44,773 bases of DNA from Streptosporangiaceae bacterium. GTDB lineage: Bacteria; Actinomycetota; Actinomycetes; Streptosporangiales; Streptosporangiaceae. Of the stretch, positions 34,808 through 41,906 are shown piece after piece (position 1 is the first letter of the stretch; every line of letters starts with the position of its first letter). The stretch is from NCBI GenBank assembly GCA_035299845.1, contig DATGVY010000398.1:1-44773 (forward strand), given 5' to 3'. The position numbers and the translations under genes are program-made. The notes below the pieces were generated by a model. It saw nothing but the letters and a program-made list of their open reading frames with translations, made no database searches and was not told where the DNA came from.

Positions 34808-35470
34808 TTATGTAGGAGAGCACGCATCGTGCGGAACCACGTCCACCAGTTGAGCCCGGACTGCGATAGCCGACGCCTCGAGCCGCGAGTGGGCGCCGAG
34901 CTTGGTTAGCGCGTTCTGTGCATAGGTTCGAACCGTGCTAGCCGCGATCTGCATCGACCGCGCCATCTGCTTGGTGCTTTCGCCGGCGACGATTCGGCGG
35001 AGCACCTCCAGTTCCCGGACGGTGAGGTAGTCCCACGGTTCCTTGCGCGGCTGCGAGGTCAGGTGTCGTACGACATTTCGGACCAAGTCGGTCTGGAATA
35101 CAAACCCGCCGGTGGCTGCCTGCAGGAGCGCGGCCGCGATCTTGTCGACGGTCTGGTCCTTGCGGATGATCCCGGCGACGCCGAGATCGATCACCTTGGA
35201 GAGGAGCCGCGGATCTGCCACGCCCGACAGGATGAGAACCTGCGTATCGGGGTGACTCGTCTGGATAGCTCGCGCCGTCTCCAGGCCGTCCTCTCGCCCC
35301 GGTAAGTAGAGGTCCAGCAGGCACACGTCCGGGTGGGCCTTGGCGACCGCTCTCAGACATTCCTCCGGCGTCGTCGTCGCCGCGAGGACATCGTGGCCCC
35401 GCGCCTGGAGGGCAACCTCGAGCGATTCAACCAGAATCCTCTGATCATCGCAGAGTACGAGACGCATCAT
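34808..35470 (-). CDS. NarL/LuxR-family response regulator
   Basis: LVLCDDQ, CLLDLYLPG, LILSG and IRKD are receiver motifs. LTVRELEVLRRIVAGESTKQMARSMQIAASTVRTYAQNALTKLG is a LuxR HTH. Confidence 0.9.
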   Translation of the reverse strand: MMRLVLCDDQRILVESLEVALQARGHDVLAATTTPEECLRAVAKAHPDVCLLDLYLPGREDGLETARAIQTSHPDTQVLILSGVADPRLLSKVIDLGVAGIIRKDQTVDKIAAALLQAATGGFVFQTDLVRNVVRHLTSQPRKEPWDYLTVRELEVLRRIVAGESTKQMARSMQIAASTVRTYAQNALTKLGAHSRLEASAIAVRAQLVDVVPHDACSPT

Positions 35471-36345
35471 TGCACCTCACATTCAGCTGTCGACGGACTG
35501 CAGCGCGACAATCGCCCGCACGCCTTCCATCTGGCTGCGGCTGTACTCACGTAACTCTTCAGACTTCGTGCCACGGCCCGCGGACCAAGGCCGACACCTC
35601 GGCGGATCAGCCCCAAGCCAGCTCCGGCGTCGTCGACCGTCAACAAGACGCAATCGGCGACGCGGCGCAACTCGACGACCACCCTCCCTTCCGGTCCCGC
35701 CGCCCGGGTCGGTTGCTCAGCAGGTTGAGGATCGCGCGGCGAAACTCGATCCAATTTCCCAGCACGCACATTTTGCCCCCGTTCCTGCCCCCCCAACACC
35801 GACCCCGAACGCACCGCGGGAGCAGGCCAGCCGTTCGCGCTCTGGGGCGATCGAAGCCCATGGATCCCCTTGAGCTGCCCGCTTCCCACGAGCGGGCGAC
35901 TCAAGGTCAGCAACCGGCAACAGGAGCCGGACGCCGCGGGTCGGGCTGACCTAGGCAGGTCGCTGGCCAAGTCGCTGACGGCTCATGCCTGGGGGGCATT
36001 CGCCGACCCACCAGTACTCAAACATAAGTTCGCTCCCTCTGGTTCTGCGGATACTGCTAAGACTGGCCGTAACGCCGCTGGCCGACAAGGGAGTCGGCGG
36101 TGATTGGGCGCTCAGGTTTCTGAGCGCACAGCTGGCCCGCCGGACCGGGCGACCCCAGCGAGTGCCGCAGCCGCCGGGGGTGGGCGGATCCCGGCATCGG
36201 CGACCGCGAGGACGACCTGCGGCGGCCCGCGGGGATGGAGGTCGTTGGCCCGGTAACCGTCGGCTCTGGCGCGGGCGGCGGGCGACGCGGCGTCTTCGTC
36301 GCGGACCGCGGCGACGAGCCCGGGACTTGCTGCAGGGAACTGCAA
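35467..36345 (-). pseudogene. Frameshifted paralogue of the sensor-less histidine kinase at 38571-39344
   Basis: One frame reads WIEFRRAILNLLSN. The adjacent frame continues TRAAGPEGRVVVELRRVADCVLLTVDDAGAGLGLIRRGVGLGPRAVARSLKSY. Together they align by eye to LRRIVANLLSNATRAAGPAGMVMIEVGSHGGLALLMVDDSGPGFGQIQAGLGLGLPAVARSVIKY of the paralogue, with a 1-nt shift near 35710-35715. Further upstream, an H-box-like NDLHPRGPPQVVLAVADAG lies in yet another frame (ORF 36112-36345). The stop overlaps the downstream RR start (ATGA). Confidence 0.5.
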
Positions 36346-36357
36346 CCAGCCATCCGC

Positions 36358-37026
36358 TCAGGGTCCGGAACGCCGCCGGAAGAGCGCGACCGCGGCGGTG
36401 CGATCGGCGACATCGAGCTTGCGCACGATGGCGGCGATGTGCACCCGCACTGCGCTGGAGGACAGCACGAGCCGCTGGGCGATCTTGGCAGTTGACCATC
36501 CTCGTGCGAGCAGTTCGAGCACCTCCCATTCGCGGCTCGTCAGGTGCCGTTCGAGAAACTCGTCAGTGACGGGCTGCCGCCAGCGCGGCTCCCGCCCGTG
36601 GAAGCGCTCGAGCACACGCGCCACGAGTTCTGGCGGCATGGCCGCCGCGCCTGCGCAGACGCTGTCAAGCGCATCAGGGAGTCGCTTCAGGTTCATCGTC
36701 TTCAGCAGGTACCCGGCGGCGCCCGCCCGCAGCGCGGCGAAGAGGTCGGCGTCCGCGTCGGAAACGGTGAGCATCACGATCTTCGCCTGCGGCAGCCTGG
36801 CCGTGATCTCCCACGCAGCGGCCAGGCCGCTGCCCGGCATCCGGATATCGAGCAGGCAAACGTCGGGCCGCTCGCGCACGGCAGCGTTGACGGCCTCGGC
36901 GGCATCCGCCGCCGTCGCGCAGACCTCGAACCGCACGTCCCCCTCGAGTGCGCGCCACACGTCTTCGCGGGTAGGTGCATGGTCGTCGGCAATGAGCACC
37001 CGTCGCCGCTCCGCCATTCCGCTCAA
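36358..37026 (-). CDS. NarL/LuxR-family response regulator
   Basis: VLIADDH, CLLDIRMPG, VMLTVS and LLKT are receiver motifs. LTSREWEVLELLARGWSTAKIAQRLVLSSSAVRVHIAAIVRKL is a LuxR HTH. The start overlaps the kinase stop. Confidence 0.9.
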   Translation of the reverse strand: MSGMAERRRVLIADDHAPTREDVWRALEGDVRFEVCATAADAAEAVNAAVRERPDVCLLDIRMPGSGLAAAWEITARLPQAKIVMLTVSDADADLFAALRAGAAGYLLKTMNLKRLPDALDSVCAGAAAMPPELVARVLERFHGREPRWRQPVTDEFLERHLTSREWEVLELLARGWSTAKIAQRLVLSSSAVRVHIAAIVRKLDVADRTAAVALFRRRSGP

Positions 37027-38504
37027 ACAGCGACCTCCACCTGGCTGCCCCGTCCGGGAGCCGAGGAGATCCGCAAGTCACCGCCGATCGATCGGGCCCG
37101 CTCGCGCATCGAGATGAGCCCGAAGCCGCCGCCCGGCGCGGCGGTGTTGAAACCCCGCCCGGCGTCGCTGACCCGTAGCCGCACGCGGGAACCGTCGCGC
37201 ACGAGGCTGAGGCTCACCCGGCTCGCGCCGCTGTGGCGAGCAACGTTGGTGATCGCCTCGCAGGCGATCCGCACCAGCGCCTCTGCTCGGGCTGAGGACA
37301 GCCGGACCTCGGTGATGAGATCGAGTTCCAGATCCAGATGAAAGCGTTCCGCGATCGCGGCGGCCGCTTCCGCCAGCGGGGCCTCGAAGGTTTGCGTGCT
37401 GGGCGCCGCGAGGGTGTTAATGGCCTGCCGGGACTCGAACTGCGCCCTCTCCACAGCACTCCGCAGGCGCCTCAGCACATCCTCGTCGGCCTCTCCCTCG
37501 AGCACCGCAAGGTTGCGGGCGAGAAAGGCCAGCTCCTGCGCCAGTCCGTCGTGCAGGTCGCGCGCGATTCGCCGTCGCTCATCCAGCACGGCCGCATCCG
37601 ACAGTGCTCCCCAGTATGACCGGATCTCCCGCATGGACCCTGCGAGCAGAACCATGTAGGCCGCCAGTCGGAAGCCATCCCCGGTATAGACCCACTGTGA
37701 GTATTGCGATGGATACATTACGTAATTGACATGCGAGGCGGCGGCCAGGACAGCGGCGATCGCGAGCCACCCGAAAAACTCGTCAGCGAGCCGCCGCGAG
37801 CGGAGCAGGAACCCGACCGCGGCAAGGCCGTACAGCACCGCCATCACGAGCTGCAGTGTGACGAGGGCCGAGTTGGCGCGAGGATCGGGCAGTGTCGACG
37901 GCCCTGGCGGAACGGTAGCGGTGAGGCCGAGCGGCAGTGGACCGGCGAACGCACGTACGAAAACAGCAATCAGCAGCACGGCTGCGGTCACGCCGGCGCC
38001 GCCCGCGGCCATCAAACGCCGCGACCGCCGCGATCGGCGACGTGGCAGGAAGGCAGCCAGCGCAAAGAGGAGAGCGCCAAGCAACCGGCCGAGGAGCGCC
38101 GACCAGACCGTGAGAGCGTTCGGCACCTGTCCGGCAAGCGTCGGAATCGTCACGAAGAACAAGTTCGACAGCGCAAGCACCGCGAGCGCACAGGCCAACG
38201 CCAACTCGTTCAACCGGCTGCGCCGCTGGAGCCGACCGAAGACGAGGAAACCAGCGAGCAGTGCAATGAGCGACGCCGCGGTCTCGAGCGCCACGTGCAG
38301 CGCCGACCGTCGGTAGCCGACCTGTAGTTGCGGGACCAGCACGGAGGCGACGGTGATGGCACCCGAGACCACCGCCGTCGGGAGCACGGCGGCGCGCGTA
38401 TCCCCCATCGCGCCAGCGCAGTAGGCGACGACGGACCTGAAGAAACCTCGATAGCCGACCGCGGGCCGGCGAGACGCCACCGAATCGAACAGCCCCGCGC
38501 TCAT
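37023..38504 (-). CDS. Membrane sensor histidine kinase, HisKA_3 (NarX/DesK/LiaS) type
   Basis: About 7 N-terminal hydrophobic helices. The H-box is ERRRIARDLHDGLAQELAFL, the N-box is CEAITNVARHSGA, and the G-boxes are VSDAGRGF and GGFGLISMRERARSIGG. GGAGGT sits 8 nt before the ATG. Confidence 0.9.
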   Translation of the reverse strand: MSAGLFDSVASRRPAVGYRGFFRSVVAYCAGAMGDTRAAVLPTAVVSGAITVASVLVPQLQVGYRRSALHVALETAASLIALLAGFLVFGRLQRRSRLNELALACALAVLALSNLFFVTIPTLAGQVPNALTVWSALLGRLLGALLFALAAFLPRRRSRRSRRLMAAGGAGVTAAVLLIAVFVRAFAGPLPLGLTATVPPGPSTLPDPRANSALVTLQLVMAVLYGLAAVGFLLRSRRLADEFFGWLAIAAVLAAASHVNYVMYPSQYSQWVYTGDGFRLAAYMVLLAGSMREIRSYWGALSDAAVLDERRRIARDLHDGLAQELAFLARNLAVLEGEADEDVLRRLRSAVERAQFESRQAINTLAAPSTQTFEAPLAEAAAAIAERFHLDLELDLITEVRLSSARAEALVRIACEAITNVARHSGASRVSLSLVRDGSRVRLRVSDAGRGFNTAAPGGGFGLISMRERARSIGGDLRISSAPGRGSQVEVAV

Positions 38505-38570
38505 GGTAATGACCTCCGGAGTGTCCCCGATCTGGCTAGCGTTCTGGTCGCTCTCACCAACGTTCTAGCC

Positions 38571-39344
38571 CTAGCAGGATGCGGCGTCATCGCCGACTCC
38601 GGTAGCGGCCTCCTGCCAGCACGCAGGCGTGCGCGGCGGGGATTGCGTCAGACCGAACGAGTCGCGTTGTCTGGTGCCCGGCGGCTGGCTGGGCGCCAGC
38701 GGCAACAACAGCTTGACGCGTGCTCCGCCCAGGGGACCGCGGCCGCATTCCAGCCTTCCTCCGTACTTGATCACGCTTCGGGCCACGGCCGGCAAGCCAA
38801 GGCCGAGTCCTGCCTGTATCTGCCCGAAGCCCGGGCCGCTGTCATCGACCATCAGCAGGGCGAGGCCCCCATGGGACCCGACCTCGATCATCACCATGCC
38901 GGCTGGTCCGGCCGCCCGCGTCGCGTTGCTGAGCAGGTTCGCGACAATGCGCCGCAGGGCCACCGGGTGGACAGCGATGCGGACTGGCTCAGCAGGCCGG
39001 ACCAGGTTTATCTCGCCTGGCCAGGTTAGGCGCTCTGCCGCGGCAGCCTCGCTGGCAATCCGTATCGCGTCACTCTGATGCGGCGCCGCCTCACCCGACT
39101 CGCATAGCAGCCCATGCTGGATCATGTCTGCCAGCCATTCGGCCTGCTCGACGATCTGTTCCAAGCGCCTCCGCGCTGCGATTGAGAGCTCGGGCGCGGC
39201 CAGCACGGCCCCTGCGAGCGCGAGCACGCCGGCCACCGGCTGCCGCATATCGTGGCACGTCTCCCGCAGCCACTGAGCAATGCCGGGCGAGTCCTGGGAT
39301 TCGATCTCAGACACGCGCCACCTCCCCCGCCGTCGCCGGACCAC
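38571..39344 (-). CDS. Sensor-less (soluble) histidine kinase
   Basis: The H-box-like ETCHDMRQPVAGVL lies within 35 aa of the N-terminus. The N-box is IVANLLSNATRAA, and the G-boxes are VDDSGPGFG and GLGLGLPAVARSVIKYGG. There is no TM or sensor domain. Confidence 0.7.
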   Translation of the reverse strand: MVRRRRGRWRVSEIESQDSPGIAQWLRETCHDMRQPVAGVLALAGAVLAAPELSIAARRRLEQIVEQAEWLADMIQHGLLCESGEAAPHQSDAIRIASEAAAAERLTWPGEINLVRPAEPVRIAVHPVALRRIVANLLSNATRAAGPAGMVMIEVGSHGGLALLMVDDSGPGFGQIQAGLGLGLPAVARSVIKYGGRLECGRGPLGGARVKLLLPLAPSQPPGTRQRDSFGLTQSPPRTPACWQEAATGVGDDAASC

Positions 39345-39685
39345 GCAGCCCCCGGCGGCTGCTGCCCCCAGCCGCCCGGTAGCACCGATTATTCGGCTTC
39401 AGCACTACTTAGTCTATATTCAAGGTAAATTTTGTATGACGACACTATGACGCGTGAGTTACAAGCATGGTTTACTGCAACCGCCAGATAGCTCGATGCG
39501 GTGCTAACCCGTATTCCGGTATGGTGCCGCCCCTGATCATCTACCGGGACAGCTGAACCTGTCATGAGCAGCGCGATCCCTCGTTGACCTCGCGGGTGGC
39601 AGGACCAAGCGCGCCCACCCGCGCTAGCGCGGATTTCCATGCCAGTTATTTCAACGGTGTAACCCCCGAGACGGAGGAGACACCA

Positions 39686-40417
39686 GTGACTGACGTGACG
39701 ACCAGCCAGGGCCAGGAGCCGGCAGAGCTGCCGGCGGCCGATGAGCAGCTGCTGCGGGAGCTTACCGAGCGGGCGCGCGAGGGCGGGCTGCGGCTGACCG
39801 GCGAGGGCGGGCTGCTCGGGAAGCTGACGAAGATGGTGGTCGAGGGCGCCCTGGAGGGCGAGCTGGACGATCACCTCGGCTACGCCAGGCACGACCCGGC
39901 GGGCCGGAATGGCGGGAATTCCCGCAACGGCCATCGCGCCAAGACCGTGATCACCGAGGCCGGGCCGGCAGTAATCACCGTGCCGCGGGACCGCGATTCC
40001 AGTTTCGAGCCGAAAATCGTCACCAAAAGGCAGCGGCGGCTGACCGGAGTCGACGAGCTGGTCATTTCCGTGTCGGCCAAAGGGCTGACGCACGGGGAGA
40101 TCTGCGCGCACCCGGCCGAAGTGTACGGCGCGGAGGTCTCGAAGCAGACGATCACGGCGATTACCGACCGGGTTATGGAGGGCCTGGCGGAATGGCAGAG
40201 CCGTCCTCTCGACACGGTTTACGCTGGGGTCTTCATCGACGCGATCCAGGTGAAGATCCGCGAGGGCCAGGTCGCAAGCCGGCCCATCTACCTCGCCCTG
40301 GGCGTCACCGTGGACGGCGAGCGCGACGTGCTGGGCCTGTGGGCCGGGGAGCACGGCGACGGGGAGGGTTGTGGGACTCCCACAGGTTCGTTTGGGTCTG
40401 TTCCTGCTGGTGCCTGA
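39686..40417 (+). mobile_element. IS256-family transposase gene, 3'-truncated (N-terminal ~230 of ~410-440 aa)
   Basis: A GTG start follows GGAGGAGA. LLRELTERAREGGLRLTGEGGLLGKLTKMVVEGALEGELDDHLGY...NSRNGHRAKTV...VPRDRDSSFEPKIV...AKGLTHGEI...FIDAIQVKIREGQV...LGVTVDGERDVLGLWAGEHGDGEG is the conserved IS256 (Transposase_mut) N-terminal half. Similarity stops near 40370, and the catalytic DDE half is missing. Confidence 0.85.
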
Positions 40418-40589
40418 GGTTATGCGCGCCTGGCGTGACTTGTGGTATTCATGGTGAGGCATTGATCTTCCAGGTGCTGCCTTGAGATCGCTGGTGCGAA
40501 GAAGGTGTGCGCGTGGCAGATGCCCGGCTTCGTCTTGTGAGGGCCTGCTCGTCCCGGCCGGGCTGTCGGCTGACCCGCTGGTGTTCCAG

Positions 40590-40922
40590 TCCGAGTGCAT
40601 GGAGGCGTTCGTCGCCTCGTGGGCTGCCCAGGGGTTCGCGGCCAGCACGATCGATAACGACATCGGGGTGCTGGAGCGCATGCTGGAGGCGCTGGGCAGG
40701 CCGGCGTGGGAGGTCACAGCCGAGGATGTCGACCGGGTCGTGGGCGACCTGGCCCGCACTGGCCGGGCGACGTCGACCTGCCCGCAACTACCTGCAGGCG
40801 TTCAAGGCTTCCACCGGTTCCTGGAGGTCTGCAAGGCCGTCGAGATCGAGGTCGCATTCGGGGTCCGGCTGGCCTGCCCGGTGGATGAGTACAACTCCTC
40901 CCGGCAAGTCAGCAGCGACTCC
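40590..40922 (+). pseudogene. Frameshifted N-terminal (SAM-like core-binding) fragment of a tyrosine recombinase/integrase
   Basis: [57 protein letters not shown] continues in another frame as ...[13 protein letters not shown]. It then returns to the first frame as [32 protein letters not shown]. No catalytic R..HxxR..Y domain follows. Confidence 0.55.
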
Positions 40923-40949
40923 CTTCGGCATAACAACGGTGTCGGCGTA

Positions 40950-41105
40950 ATGCAGCAGGCACAGCGCGTCTCCCGCCGCTGCGCCTTCTTCCTGGCCAGC
41001 GAGGACACCCCCGGCCTCATCGTGGAGTCCGGGCCGACCCAGCAGCTATTCGACGCGCCGGCCGACCCCCGGACCGCCGACTACGTGCATGGCCGGTTCG
41101 GCTGA
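40950..41105 (+). pseudogene. pstB: 3' remnant of phosphate ABC transporter ATP-binding protein PstB
   Basis: [51 protein letters not shown]-stop matches the characteristic PstB C-terminus (..MQQAARVSD.TAFF....G.LVE.G.T..IF..P....T.DYI.GRFG). The Walker A, signature and Walker B regions are absent. Confidence 0.7.
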
Positions 41106-41174
41106 GCCCTGCTCGGCGCCGTATCCGGACGCCGCGGCCGGTGGCTGGCCGCTGGGCAATGACCGGCTGGCTGC

Positions 41175-41906
41175 CTAGCTGCCGAATGCGACGTTGTTGC
41201 CGATCACGCGGATGCTGATGCCGGCCGCGGTGACCGCCACGCTCTGGATCTTCATCCCGAGCGGCAGCTTGGGAATCGGCACCGACATGTTCTGCACCGA
41301 GCTGAGCAGGCCGGCCGGAAGCCCGTGGCTACTGACCAGGTGCACCCTGATCTTGGTGGCGTTGACCCTGGTGACCCGCCAGGTCGCCGAGCCGCTGCTG
41401 ACCAGCAGGTTGATGGACGCCCTGACCTCATCGCTGCCGACCGGCTTCAGCTTCAGCCCAGCCCCGCCGACGAGCGAGGCGACGGGCCCGCCGACCAGCG
41501 ATCCGAGCGCGTTCGACAGGCCGGCGAAGGTAATCACCCCGGCGCCGGTGAGGTGGCCGACCGTGCCGCCGCTGAAGCCGGAGTTCATCTTGACGTCGCT
41601 GAGATTGGCGTTGATGCTCTTGATCTCGACCGGCCCCTCCTTCACCCGGCTGGAGCTGATCTGGACATCTTGGAAGCTGCGGCTGACCACCTGGGTCAGG
41701 AACGGGAAGCCCTTGATGGACACGGTCGGCTTGCTGGGGAAGCCCTGCTTCTGGATCTGGGAGGCGATCCTGCCCTGCACATAGAACACCGCCAGGCGGT
41801 CGATGCCGACGAGGACGATGAGCAGGGCGACCAGCACGATGATCGTGTTCCTGAGTCCGTGGCCGCGCCGCCGGCCCTGCCCCGGCGGGGCTTGATAGGT
41901 GCTCAT
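41175..41906 (-). CDS. DUF2993 (LmeA-like) membrane-anchored protein
   Basis: The start is at MSTYQAPP. An N-terminal TM (IIVLVALLIVLVGI) is followed by the GFPFLTQVV motif typical of DUF2993. The start overlaps the kinase stop (ATGA). The ORF-track extension to 42437 overlaps the kinase gene. Confidence 0.8.
   Translation of the reverse strand: MSTYQAPPGQGRRRGHGLRNTIIVLVALLIVLVGIDRLAVFYVQGRIASQIQKQGFPSKPTVSIKGFPFLTQVVSRSFQDVQISSSRVKEGPVEIKSINANLSDVKMNSGFSGGTVGHLTGAGVITFAGLSNALGSLVGGPVASLVGGAGLKLKPVGSDEVRASINLLVSSGSATWRVTRVNATKIRVHLVSSHGLPAGLLSSVQNMSVPIPKLPLGMKIQSVAVTAAGISIRVIGNNVAFGS

Noticed and set aside
35985-36569. Plus-strand 194-aa ORF and minus-strand 192-aa ORF (35951-36529) in the gap between response-regulator genes
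   Set aside because: Their composition is extremely Arg-rich with no motifs. The region is better explained as the decayed 5' part of the frameshifted kinase paralogue and the 3' end of the RR gene.
40482-41105. 207-aa ORF as a real gene
   Set aside because: It is a chimera. The first two thirds are a frameshifted integrase N-terminal fragment and the last 51 codons are the PstB C-terminus. I treat them as two pseudogene remnants.
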